From Podospora anserina (taxonomy: Eukaryota): DNA of 64,000 nucleotides. The position numbers and the translations under genes are program-made. Numbering within the stretch: the first letter of the stretch is position 1; each line of letters opens with the position of its first letter. Positions 35,575 to 47,945 of the stretch are shown here, one piece after another. The notes under the pieces were generated by a model. That model ran no database searches. It saw only the letters and a program-made list of their open reading frames with translations, and was not told the DNA's origin. The stretch is taken from NCBI GenBank assembly GCA_017654855.1, contig CM030334.1, forward strand, positions 4,030,001 to 4,094,000, given 5' to 3'.

Positions 35575-36846
35575 ATGTTTCCAGGCGAATCGTTTCTTCT
35601 CCTCTGCTCTTTATCTCTGGCTTTCGCTGGGGTAATTGAGTCTTCCCAACAGCGAGGGTATGTGTCCAAAACCTGTTTAGCAAGTGTTTCAAAACAAGAA
35701 TTAGGTAACGAACCGGCAAATAGGAGCCTCGAGAGACGCCACTGGGCTGTGAGAACCTACACAACAAATCCCCAAATACCGCGCCCTCTCAGTTCTCCGT
35801 CACTTTTGAGACCTCTTACCCCCACAGTTGCGCAGTACCCATCAAAGGCAAATTATATCGTGGATACTCTCGATTTTTTGAGTCGTTTTACATGCCCACT
35901 ACAGTCTTCTCTTAATACGTATGTCTAGGGGGAGCCCAGTTCCTGCTTGCCAAAACTTGGAGTAGTTGTACCACTTCAAACTCCCGAGGAGAATGAGCTC
36001 GTCGAATACTTGGACTACAGATACCCTTCAGCCATCGATAACCTCATACAAAAGGGTCTCTTTCCAAAGCCACTTTCACCATACCTAAAGCAAGGCCCAC
36101 TAACACTCCAGGCCGTACTATCTCTCCCCAGAGACGATCTTCTTGGAATCGGGTACCTGATAGCGAACGACACGGACACGTGCAAGAATATGGAATGTCA
36201 GAATGGCCTGTTCAATCCACTGACTTCAACCTCGCTGAGACCCATCCCAACGCCCATGAAGCAGCACATCAGCAGGATCGATGCCTGGAGCAGAAGTAAA
36301 GCAACCGCAACCGCAACAAGCACAAAACAAACCTCGGTAGCTGTCAGCGCTCAACCTACGCGTGCACCCACACCTATCATCATAACTACTAGCTCAACCG
36401 TCGTCACCACCAACCTCCAGGGCTACACAACTCTCAACCGCGTAACGAAAACAGGAACCCAAACTATAACCCCTTCATCACCAACACCCACCCCAGACCC
36501 AGTCAGTACATACATACTGCAAGAACAAGACAAAGCGGACATCGTCGAGGCATTCTCCTCCGCCATGCCACGTCTCTTTGATCGACTTCTAGCACCAAGT
36601 CCTACCGTAACGGCGACATTGAAAACAAAAGAGATTCCAGCTTCGAAGGTGGAAAGAAAAATAGTAGAGACGTCGATACCCGGGCCTTGGATCGGGGGAG
36701 GCAACATTACTGTGAGGTTTTATGAGGCTAATTTGACTTCTGATGGTGATAAGGAAGAGAAGGTAAATGGGACGGTAGGGAATTTGGTCGGGCAAGGTGT
36801 ATGGGGTTGGTTAGTGGTAGTGATGGGGATGATGGTCTTGCTTTGA
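35575..36846 (+). CDS. Secreted/GPI-type Ser/Thr-rich surface protein interrupted by an in-frame TAG at 35926-35928 (editing-restored gene or recent pseudogene)
   Basis: Signal peptide, frame-preserving 66-nt intron 35658-35723, LERR dibasic site. The same frame continues after the TAG through an S/T-rich region to a hydrophobic C-terminal tail. Confidence 0.7.
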
Positions 36847-37847
36847 CATGGAGGGGACGGTCCACTTCCATTTTCTTCTTCACCGTCAAAGTAGGTAGTT
36901 ATACTAAGGTAGGTAGTTAACACTGAATTACAGAGATATCTTTGCTTGAAAAGAGAGTCTTTTCGGGGCTACTTCTCAACGTAAGTTCAAATTCTCAATA
37001 ACTGAAAGATCAGGGAATTTCGTGACCGGCTCTCTCAGGACTTTTCAGCTCGTCATCATGCCCTGGAATTCAGCATCAGATGCAGCTTTTCTACCCGTTA
37101 TGCAACCCAGGGTTTCAGTATACCTAAGGTAACGGGCCGACTGAGTCCACCCAGACCGCAGCCTCTTGGGTTACATGAATCCACCATGATGGATTCTCGA
37201 AACACAATACCCAAGGTAGGTACGGTATCCGGGCAAGTATTCTAGATGTCAGATTTGGCAAGTAGGTACCTACTCGGAAATGTCAAACGAATGACGTAGT
37301 TACTTTATTGCTGGGTTGTATGGAATGTGTCAGGTGAAACCTGTCAAGAGTCTAAAGATGTGGTTCTCGCTGTTCAATGAAGCCATGGCGCCACGTCATA
37401 GTCAAACTACGGAGATAATGATGATTGAACTATGCCTTTCAGATAATTCAAGCGACGTGTTCGGTACCTACCTTATCTAAGGAGCTCATGATACCAACCT
37501 AGGTGGCCAGCTCGAGTCGACTTGCCAACTAGACCTATTGGCGGAAACCCTTCACCCTCCAAACCTCTTCAAGCCATGGTGATCCTTTCCATTTGCTTCG
37601 GAGAGCCGACTGAAATAACCCCAAGTGAAAATTGGGCGGGAACACAGACTAAACTCACTGTTGGTGTAGGCTGCCATGCCGAAGCCCAATCCTATTTTTA
37701 TCTAACGAGCCTAGGTAAGTATAGGTATACCAGAGAAAGACAACGCCGTGCCATGCCCCGGATCAAGGACACCAGAACCACCAGGCAAAGTCTGCTTCAC
37801 CACCGACCCTCTCGGGCGCTTCTTGGCCCAATGGCAACGAGGCTCAA

Positions 37848-37872
37848 CGGCCTTTTGTCGGTGCCATGACGG
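37848..37872 (+). promoter_or_regulatory. Tandem CGG-N8-CGG-N8-CGG (AmyR/COL-26-type Zn2Cys6 site) upstream of the starch LPMO
   Basis: CGG ccttttgt CGG tgccatga CGG, about 550 bp upstream of the AA13 ATG. Confidence 0.45.
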
Positions 37873-38414
37873 TGCATGGTCAACCTTAGCATGACGTGCA
37901 GCTTGCACGTGTTAACAATTCCCAGCCAGATTCGGTCCGTTTGACTGCGGGCATGCTCCCCAGATCAGCAACTCCGGCCGCAGACTGCAGTGCAATGGCC
38001 CGGCACTACTAACCGAGGTGCGCCGTGCCAAGTGCCCTTCTCCACAGACGGGGTTTGTTGTGGTCGCGGGGCCCCGGATTGTGGCGCCCACGGGAGTGAT
38101 CTGGTGTAACGGTGAAAAGACGTTGACGATCTTGGGGAATTTCGCCCTGGAAGACGCACTGAAACGCGACATCGCAAGGCTTTCGCGAGCCAGGTGGTGG
38201 CCTACCTCGGCAGCATAGTTTTTTTTTGAAGGGCCGAGCAAGACGCCGACAAATGTCACCTCCAAAAATGAAGGCTTGGTAGGTCGCCGTGGTCGTCGCC
38301 ATGAAGCAAAAATCTACCTATTTAGGTCCCGGACCCTCGCTGCCATGATGCTCCAAAACACCACCAGCCAGCCTCATCGCCTCCGAAGAGCCCATTCAGT
38401 AACGACTAGCCAAA

Positions 38415-39625
38415 ATGAAGCTGTCATCGACCTTTTCCGTCCTCACGGTGGCCACTCTGGTTCACGGCCATGGTTACCTGACCATCCCGTCCAGTCGGAC
38501 ACGTCTTGGCTCCGAGGTAAGAGCTGCAAGCTGCGAGTTCTCTGGAACCTCAGTACTGACACATGGGCCCAACAGGCTGGCCTTGACTCCTGCCCCGAGT
38601 GCTCCATTCTCGAGCCTGTCTCGGCCTGGCCCGATCTTGACGTTGCTCCTGTTGGCCGCAGTGGACCCTGTGGTTACAACGCCCGCGTGAGCATCGACTA
38701 CAACCAGCCTCGCGCTGGGCTGTGGGGCAACTCTCCCGTCGCCCGCTACTCTCCTGGCCAGACCATCGACGTCCAGTGGTGCGTCGACAACAATGGTGAC
38801 CACGGTGGCATGTTCGCCTACCGTATCTGCCAGGATCACGCGCTCGTCAAGAAGTTCCTCACACCTGGCTATCTCCCCACCGACGAGGAGAAGCAGGCCG
38901 CCGAGGACTGTTTCGAGAGGGGCACCCTTCCCTGCACCGACGTCTCGGGCCAGAACTGCGGCTTCAGCCCTGACTGCTCCCCCGGTCAGCCGTGTTGGCG
39001 CAACGACTGGTTCACCTGCAATGCTTTCAATGCCGGTGACCGTCGCGCCTGCCAGGGCGTTGACGATGCTCCCCGCGGGTCTTGCTACACCTCGATTGCT
39101 GGAGGTTTCCCCGTCACCAAGAAGATCAAGCTTCCCAACATCAACGTCGGTCACACCCTCCTGAGCTTCAAGTGGAACTCGTTCCAGACCGGTCAGATCT
39201 ACCTGTCCTGCGCAGATATTGCCATCGGCGAGGGCAGCGGCACCGTCGACCCGCCTGCTTCGACCACCTTCTCGACTGTCGTCACCCCCGGTGCCTCGTG
39301 TGCTGCCGCCCCGTCGGTGCCTGTCGTCTTCAACGAGAAGGCCACCACTGCCTATGGCCAGAACATCAAGGTTGTTGGCTCCATCGCCGCGCTCGGCAGT
39401 TGGAACCCGGCCAACGCTGTGCCCCTCTCTGCTGCCGGTTACACCAACTCCAACCCCCTCTGGTCTACCACCCTCAACCTGGCTCCTGGCACTTCCTTCA
39501 CCTACAAGTTCATCAGGGTGGACAGCAACGGCGCTGTAACCTGGGAGAGCGATCCCAACAGGTCCTACACCGTTCCTGCTGCCTGCCAGGGCCAGAGCGT
39601 GGCTGTCGATTCCACCTGGCGCTAA
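38415..39625 (+). CDS. Starch-active lytic polysaccharide monooxygenase AA13 with C-terminal CBM20
   Basis: Signal peptide, then mature N-terminal His ([14 protein letters not shown]); intron 38517-38575. [43 protein letters not shown]20 T.YGQNI.VVGSI.ALG.W...WESDPNR...W. Confidence 0.95.
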
Positions 39626-40320
39626 ATTGTGATTGATGGTTGAATAAAAGTCGGGCGGCATCGGGCGTTCGGATTGCATGGGGGAATAAAAGGGGTCACG
39701 AAGGAGGTCACATTACATCGGGCATTGCATCTTCTATCTGTCTTCAACACTTTATACTGTACATATTTGTTCTCTTCTCTTCATGTTCATCATTTTTATG
39801 CAAGGTTCGCGATGGAGATAGGGAATCATGGAGTGGCAACCCGACGTTACATTTCGATCTCCGCCATGTGCACATGCTCTGATGTTGATCGCATCCCCGT
39901 CTCCATTTCATCACCCCAAGGCTGAATATGGATCCAGACCGTCGGAAGGAAGCTCTCAAAATGGGAGGGCGGCCCATTGCTTTCCGACCCTGCGTGTTCC
40001 CGGTGGCGATTGGCGAACAGCATCCAGGCGTGGTCTCGTCGAGCTTCTATGGCACTGATAAACCCGGAAACCGTCCCGGGAAAATCCACCCGTCCATCAC
40101 CCCGACCTCTCGGGCCGGACAAGAGTGCAGGAAACGGCGTTGCCAAGACTCGCCAAGCACACGAAACCCCTGAAGGGCGGCTCATCGACTTCCGCATCGT
40201 GAATATGGCAATCAGCTATGTGCTGGAACTAAACAAAGATAAATACCATCATGGCCTTTTGCTTTTGGTTCGGCCTCTGGAAGGGGCAAGCTGCTTCATC
40301 ACAGTCTTCCAGTCACCATC

Positions 40321-41708
40321 ATGGTCCTCGCCAAGTCCTTCGTCCTCAGCTTACTGGCCCTTACCGCTGCCGCCGCCCCCAGCGGCCCAGGTGGAAAGGG
40401 TCCTCACAAGGGCAAGACCCCCAAGGGTTTTGTCACCGTGCAAGACGGAAAGTTCAAGCTCGACGGCAAGGACTTTTACTTTGCCGGTAGCAATGCGTAC
40501 TACTTCCCCTTTAGTGGCGTATGTCATCACCATCCATTCCAGTCACGATCAATTAATATATGCTAACAACAATCAGGACCAATCCGATGTCGAAAAGGGG
40601 TTGACCGCCGCCAAGAAGGCAGGTCTCACCGTCTTCCGCACCTGGGGATTCAACGACAAGAACAGCACATATATCCCGGGTGGTCTTCCACAGTATGGTG
40701 GTGAAGGCGCTGGTCCTTCCGAGGTGGTCTTCCAGTGGTTCCACCCCAACGGCACCTCCACCATCAACGTGGCCGGCTTCGACAAGGTTGTCAAGGCCGC
40801 TGACAAGGTCGGAACCAAGCTGTTGGTTGCCCTGACAAACAACTGGGCGGATTACGGAGGCATGGACGTCTACACCGTCAACCTGGGTGGAAAGTATCAC
40901 GATGACGTATGTACCTTACTCAGAGCTGCCCTTCTTCTCACATGGTGGTGGGATAACTGACAGTGAACAGTTCTACACAGTTCCCAAGATCAAGAACGCC
41001 TACAAGCGCTACGTCAGGGAGATGGTCCTTCGCTACAAGGACTCCCCCACCATCTTTGGCTGGGAGCTCGCCAACGAGCCTCGTTGCGGTGCTGACGGCA
41101 CTCGCAACCTTCCTCGTAGCCCGAACTGCAACCCGGCCGTCATGGGCGCTTGGGTCAAGGAGATGAGCGCCTACATCAAGTCGCTCGATCCCCACCATCT
41201 CGTCACTTGGGGCGGAGAGGGTGAATTCAACCTGCCCCAGGGTTCTGATGACTGGGCCTACGCTGGCGGGAACGGCGGTGACTTTGACCACGAGATTGCC
41301 ATCGACACAATTGACTTTGGTGTGTTCCATTCGTACCCGGACTGGTGGTCAAAGACTGTGGAATGGACACAGCAGTGGATCCGGGACCACGCCGCGGCTG
41401 GTCGCAAGGCCAAGAAGCCTGTTGTCCACGAGGAGTACGGCTGGATGACGCCCGAGGCCAGACTCGAGTACCTCGGAAAGACACACAACTCTACCCGTCT
41501 GGAGGTAATTGGCAGCTGGCAAAAGATCGAGGTGGAGGAGAAGCTGGCGGGAACCATGTACTGGCAGTTTGGGTACGGTGGTTACTCATATGGGCGCAAC
41601 CACAATGACGGCTTCACCATTTACTTGGAGGACCCCGAGGCCAAGGAGCTGGTGTATGGTCATGCCAAGGCTATGAACAAGCTCAACAAGAAGAAGGGTG
41701 GCAGATAG
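40321..41708 (+). CDS. Glycoside hydrolase family 5 endo-beta-1,4-mannanase (GH5_7-like), secreted
   Basis: Signal peptide; introns 40519-40576 and 40907-40970. [25 protein letters not shown], catalytic WELANEP and VHEEYG. Confidence 0.93.
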
Positions 41709-42921
41709 AGAGGGAGCAGCACCCCCAACATCTTGATATCGGTTAGCATCCCACATGCATGTATAATAGAAGGTTGTCAGGGAAAATCAAAAGCTTGATT
41801 GCGCACTTGATTGACTTGGGGTGATTGTGTGGAGATAAGCATCAGTGCCGACTTGGCAATGTAGGGAGTATAAGGGCCAAGGCGGAAAAAGCCGGTGTCG
41901 TGAAGCTTCGCCCACTCCTGTTGAGATCTTCTTCAGCCGTGGGATGCAGGGAGGATCTGAACGGGACCGCGAGACGCTGATCGTGGGTCTTGTGCATCAG
42001 TTGCCGCTTTAAGAATGGCCGGGTCTTGTGATGGTTTTTCCATGTTATGAGTGTCCACCTTCGAAAGAGAGGTAGGTAGTGACGGAAAACGAATATCTGA
42101 AAGTTGTACGACTACATACGAAACCAGATCACCTTTCCACATGATGCCCACGTCAATTTGTCTATCTTTTTATCACAGGCCAGGTCTCAACCCAGGACAC
42201 GAATACAGAGGGTTGCTTGCATTTTATTCTGGTTTCTACACATCTTTTGAGGCCGCCCCCTTTTGATTCACCTAGACTAGGTAGGTAGGTACAGCTAATG
42301 GCTTTCTTCACTTGCATGAAAGTTGAGCTGAGCCTACTCTGTAACGGGTTGTACAATTATTAGGATCATTATCTGTTGGGCCAGAGCTGACGGAAAATCC
42401 AAGCATTCGAACGCATGATCCGATTACTTCGGGAAGGATGGATGACAGACTGACCTACATTGGGAGTTTGTGGAAGGTTCCAAAGAATGCGAAAGGCACA
42501 GTTGTCTCTCGCAACCGGACATCGGACAACTATCCGACGTTAGGTGGGTGAAATCATGGTGCCTAGTTCCAAATAACATCAATATAAAATGTTGATAGCT
42601 TCAGCTCAGAGAACCTGAACCTGACACAAAAAGATCTGAGTTTGTTACCACTGGATCCCCCTTAACGTTTGCCGGCTGCACATGGCCGATTCGGCTACAC
42701 AAGCTAGCCACGAGCCAAGTGTTGATCCTGCTTAAAGCGGCGAGGGGCCGCGTGGGTGGTGCACCCATTTCAATCTGACCGACGGGACACAGACTCGGAA
42801 GAGTCGGATTTGTTTGCTCATACTCGCCTATAAAGATGTGAGAGCCCGTTGCCTCTGTGTTGAGTGGTTGTTCTCAGCCCGGTTGACCATTCATCCCCTG
42901 CGGATATCCACATCGCGTACA

Positions 42922-43110
42922 ATGAAGCTCTCGGCGCCAATTCTATTCTTCTCTTTCTTTGCTGCTGCCTCGGTTGCCCAATACACCGGGCCATGTTCAG
43001 TTAACGACTGCGGTGCGAGTCACAGAGTGTGCGCTCGAGGATGGCTCTGTGTCCCCTACCCAAGCTTTGACCCTGCAAAGAGACAAGGTTGTACGTGCAG
43101 TACCGCCTGA
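42922..43110 (+). CDS. Small secreted cysteine-rich peptide (62 aa, 6 Cys)
   Basis: TATAAA near 42828. Signal peptide MKLSAPILFFSFFAAASVA; mature QYTGPCSVNDCGASHRVCARGWLCVPYPSFDPAKRQGCTCSTA. Confidence 0.8.
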   Translation: MKLSAPILFFSFFAAASVAQYTGPCSVNDCGASHRVCARGWLCVPYPSFDPAKRQGCTCSTA

Positions 43111-43757
43111 AGTGGGTTCGACCATCAGTTACCTATTAAATGGACCTGTACTGATTTTCTTCCAGACCGAACATCAAACAAGCTACAGCACGGAATTCTG
43201 TAGCAAATGGGATGATGGCCGTTTTTCCTAGGCTGTCTTGCTGGACCAAGCTCAGACTCAACTCTGATTTTGCAAAGGTCCAAGAATTGTTCGGAGTTAC
43301 GGGTTGCGCGGGATTGCACATGGGTTCGCTTCATTGGAACAAAGTCTCGAAGAAGAATAAATACACTTCTGCTTGCCTACCGATGTTTTTTTCGTTTATC
43401 GCACTGTTGGTCATATTCGCTCGGTTTCAATAGTGGTACTATGGAACGACATTATCTTGTCCCACCTGCCAATCATGGCCTGCTGTGCGTGTTTTTGGAA
43501 CCGCAGAGCCTCGTTGTATCACGCCGAGGTGTAAGATGAGGTAGGATCGGCACCACCTGTAGATGATATCATCACATGCACCTTGCCACGCCGTCGAACC
43601 CTTTTTTTTTTAAATAAAAAAAAGGGGAAAAACAACCTTGCCTACCTACCTTGTAAGCTTTGGACTGTGCTATTTGTCTAATCTCGTCCCAGCTTTCGAA
43701 GCTAAGCTTTCCCAAGGCAAAAACTCCACGACGAATTTGACATGAAATGCAAGCAGC

Positions 43758-45268
43758 ATGGGCTCTGACGGGGAGAAGCCAGCATCTCCAACTCTATCCG
43801 ACACCGGCAATTATGTATCAGAAGCCATCCCCACCCTCGACCGCCACGAAGAAAAGCGGCTTCTCTTGAAGCTAGATGCCGTTTTCATTCCAATCATCAT
43901 GCTGGTCTATCTTTCTTGCTTCCTTGACCGCACCAATATCGGCAATGTCAAAGTGGCGGGGATGCCGGAGGATATCGGCGCATCTGATGTCGAGTTTTCG
44001 ACCGCAGTGTCCATCTTTTACGCAACATATGTCGCATTCGAATCACCCTGGGCTATCCTACTCAAGAAACTCACTCCGAGAGTTGTGTTGACAGGCCTCT
44101 GCGTGGTCTGGAGCTTGACTACTATTTTCTCTGGTTTCATCACAAATATCGGGGGGCTGTATGCTGCAAGGTTAATACTAGGAGCATGTGAAGGCGGCCT
44201 CTTCCCCGGCTTAAATCTGTACCTGACCATGGTCTACAAACGAGAAGAACAAGCTCGCAGGGTCTCGTATTTGTTTGTTTGTGCGGCATTGTCGGGTGCG
44301 TTTGGGGGTTTGTTGGCATACGTGATCCTGAAAATGGACGGCATAGGTGGATATGCTGGTTGGAGATGGGTTTACATCATAGAAGGCATCTTCAGCATCC
44401 TCATAGGCTTGTTGATTTGGTTTGGCTTGCCAAACGATCCCACCAACGCCTACTTCTTGAACGAGAGAGAAAGGGAAATGATGCAGATACGAGCAAAGCA
44501 GAGGGCACAGTATATGGGCAGTGAGGAGTTCAGTTGGGAAGAGATCAGAATAGCTTTGAAGGATTTCAAATTGTGGATCAGGTAAAGCCCCTTTTCTATC
44601 CCTTACCAACCCTATTCATGTCCTGAACACAGTTCTAACTTGGCGAAAGCGGAGCCATTCAATTCTGCCAGGACATACTTTTGTACGGTTTTAGCACGTT
44701 TCTCCCTTCCATCATCACCAGTATGGGCCATAGCAGCATCGAAGCTCAATACCTCACTATCCCCGTTTACATTCTCGGAGGAGCGTGCTTTTTGACCCTG
44801 GCATTTGTTTCCGACCATCTGTGCATCCGAGGCCCGTTCATTGCCTTTGCCAACGTCTTTGGCATCGTCGGTTACATTCTCATCATCTGCCCGACAAGTA
44901 ACGCCGTCAAATTCTTTGGCACGTTTCTGTGCGCAATTGCAGTGTACAGTGGTCCTGGACTCAATCTCACGTGGCTCAATGTAAACGTCGCACCCCATTA
45001 TCGCCGGGCAGCTTCGATTGGATTCCAACAGACCATCGGCAACACAGCTGGCATCGTGGCAGGCCAAATTTACCGGACTTCACCGTATCTCTTGGGCAAC
45101 ATCTTTTCGGTCAGCGGTCTGGGCCTGGCTCAACTACTAATCCTCATTCATTGGTTGTACATTAGACGTTGCAACTTGCTCAAGGAGCAGATTGCCAGTG
45201 GCAAAGTGCAAGACAAGAGAAGGGTAAAGACTGGTGACTGGGAGTTGGACTTTAAATATCATCTCTAG
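43758..45268 (+). CDS. MFS transporter, anion:cation symporter (Dal5/Tna1-like) family
   Basis: EKRLLLKLD..IP...YL.CFLDRTNIGN, G.CEGGLFPG..YLT..YKREE, GWRWVYIIEG; intron 44582-44649. Confidence 0.92.
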
Positions 45269-45549
45269 GCATAAGGCGCCCAAATCGTGTCCCTCGAAAG
45301 CTTTTGGCAGAAATCTCGGCTATTGCCACACTGGAGAATGATCAAGTGATCGAATACGCCGCAAATCCGGCCCGTTTGATTCTTCTCGATTTAGCCTGTC
45401 CAGCCTTCATGTTGTAATCCCTACCAGGATTGCTCCGATGCATACAGGCACTCATCAGAACATCCCAAATTCAGAAGAAACAGGCCAACCTTGCAAGAAA
45501 TCCTACATTTGAATTCCTCACATGCCTAGAACTCTTAATGAGAGCCACA

Positions 45550-46203
45550 ATGAAATACATACGCCCTTTGTTAATAATTCTGGCAGCTGCAATACCTCTT
45601 ACTTTTGCCCAGCCGTCTCCCAACATCCTTGACTGGCTAGACCTCTCATCCACCCCCTCCACACCATCAACATGCCGTACTGTACTCTCTGGCCAGGCGC
45701 TTTTCTTTCCTAATTTCAGGGCCTATCTTGAAGGACAAAACTCCTCAACTGGATACACATCATGCCGGGCACGGCTTCCCTTTGAGTACATGCCGCACGG
45801 GTTTGCATTCTCAGTGTTCCACACATTCGTCTCTGGACACCTTACACTAGAAAAGGGCACAGTGCTGAAGGAGATCGGGGTAGAAGTTGCGTATCTTGAC
45901 GAGCAAGTCAGGAAGATGCAGACTGATGGAAGGGTGATTAAGAATGTGTATGGACAGAGAGCAAGCGGGTACAATGGTACATTTGCGCTTTCTGTGCATC
46001 TGAAGCCTATGGAGAAGGATGATGGGGAGTTGGGGGTGGCGAGCTGTCCGGGTGCATATTCTCAGCCTGTGATTGAGGTAGATTTGTGGGCCAAGCTAGC
46101 AGTAGATGATGGTTACTTGGGAGAAGGGAGTGAGGCCACCTACAAACAGTCATGGGTGGAGGGTCCAATGGTGGAGTTTGACGTTCTTTGGTCATCCTGT
46201 TAG
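45550..46203 (+). CDS. Secreted protein, divergent DUF4360-like
   Basis: Signal peptide MKYIRPLLIILAAAIPLTFA. C..RL.F..MPHGF.FSV......G.L.LE.G, SCPG and terminal W-x-x-C resemble the DUF4360 pattern (recalled, not searched). Confidence 0.6.
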   Translation: MKYIRPLLIILAAAIPLTFAQPSPNILDWLDLSSTPSTPSTCRTVLSGQALFFPNFRAYLEGQNSSTGYTSCRARLPFEYMPHGFAFSVFHTFVSGHLTLEKGTVLKEIGVEVAYLDEQVRKMQTDGRVIKNVYGQRASGYNGTFALSVHLKPMEKDDGELGVASCPGAYSQPVIEVDLWAKLAVDDGYLGEGSEATYKQSWVEGPMVEFDVLWSSC

Positions 46204-47039
46204 CGAAAGGTGGTTGGATGGCCTGCCATGCCAGTTACTATGTTTGCCCGCCGTCTGAAGTAAAACGTGTAGCGCTGTGGATTTAGACCTTCTCAAACAG
46301 AGAATGGTCTCATAGTTATCCCATAGGGCCTTTGGCCTAGGTATCTTTTGAGCCTGTTGGCTGCCTTTGAAAGGGCTTGGGCTAATGTGTTGCTTTTTTG
46401 ACTTTCAGGTTCTTTCTAGTGTCATTTACCTAGCCCGTTTGGTATGGATATGAGTGGCTTAAAGAATTGGCCGCCGTGATGATAGGTAGATCATTGGTTG
46501 GATAGAGTGATACCAGAAAGTCAGCCGTGAGAACTGTCGCACCGAGCGTTTGAGACTGTGTAATTCCCGAGCTGCAGACTTTGGCGCTGGCTGTGCTGCA
46601 GTGTCTCAACTTGGCCCAGCAGCCTTCTCGAGCTTGGATGCCTCACGGTGATTGGTGTGTCGGATTGCGCCACTATTTTGACATTTCTTCTCTCAGGGGC
46701 CACACAAAGGCAGTCAATTGCCGTGGGGGTGCCAAGTCGTGCTGGAAAAGCCGTGAGCTCGAACCAGTCAGTGACAATGCACGTCTAGAAATAAAATGTC
46801 CCACGGTAATTGCAGGAGAAATGCGTCCTTGAGCGCCCATTTCAGGAGGTGGAGGTGGCGGTGGAGGGCTATTGAAGAATGAGTCCCCATCCTTTTCAGA
46901 TATTGTGGTCTTGGATTTTCCCTCTGGACAAAATCAGTGATGCTACCCTTTTCAAAGCTCTCCTCAATGTTACTGCCGAGTCATCTAAACATCAGAATCA
47001 CCACGAACTAAAAGTCAGCTCTCCCAAAAAGGGACAACG

Positions 47040-47945
47040 ATGGGCCGAATATCACAACTAGCTATTTTATGGCTTCTTCACCTATGCCCGGGGCTTGCAC
47101 AAGATGCTTCAAATACCAGACATGTTCGTTATGATCCTCCTCCATTGATAACCTCAGGGGCAATCGCCAAGCCTTCAGGGGTAAGTGGGTCGGCGTTTGT
47201 GTTGCCTTTCAACTAACAACCATCGACACAGTCCACGACACAGTCAGGATATGAAGATACACGATCTTTAAACGTAGAAAAAACACCTCTATCTACCTCG
47301 GTAGCAGCGGCAAATCCCTCCGAATCGCTATCAAGCAGCAGCCCAACTCTCAGCACCGGGGCCCAAGCTGGTATCATAACAGGCTCTGCCCTTCTCTTCT
47401 TCCTCCTGCTCAGTCTCGCCGTGTATCTTTTCTGCCTCAGGAACAGAAAAAAACAGTCGCCACTCGGTATTAATGCCCATTCTGGGTTAACCACACGCCC
47501 CAGCAATCAACACCTCATCAGCAGCCCAACAAGCCAAGCCACGCTCCAAACACCCAAACGCGCCCGAACACCGCTTTCCTTCCCCTTTTCTAACTCCAAA
47601 AGAACCGGCCAAGAACAACAGGGAATACCTCTGAGCCCCAGTGCTCTTGACGTTGTGCGAGAGAGGCTAGAGATGGAGTCATTGGGGTTCGGCTACCAGC
47701 AAGACAGACGGGACAACAGGCGAGAGGCCAAGAGCGTGGTGGAAAGCTTGGACTGGGACTGGAAGCGGGTGTATGTGTATCCATTTGCCTCGTCGGCATC
47801 ATCTCGAGGGTCCGTTTACTCTACATCGGAGGATGCGCCAGGGCTAGAACAAGGAAAGATTGGACCAGGGCTGGGATCTTATTGGGAGGTCAGCAGTCGT
47901 GGCAGCAATGGGGGTACTGGCACACCTGGGGGGAGTCGAAGATAG
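47040..47945 (+). CDS. Single-pass membrane protein (Mid2/Wsc-like topology)
   Basis: Signal peptide MGRISQLAILWLLHLCPGLA; intron 47181-47231 (GTAAGT...ACTAAC...CAG). S/T-rich ectodomain, TM LSTGAQAGIITGSALLFFLLLSLAVYLFCL followed by RNRKK. Only partly visible in the ORF track. Confidence 0.8.

Noticed and set aside
43599-43627. CCC-T10...A8-GGGG hairpin-like sequence upstream of the MFS gene
   Set aside because: Explained by promoter poly(dA:dT) tracts; bacterial-type terminators are not relevant here.
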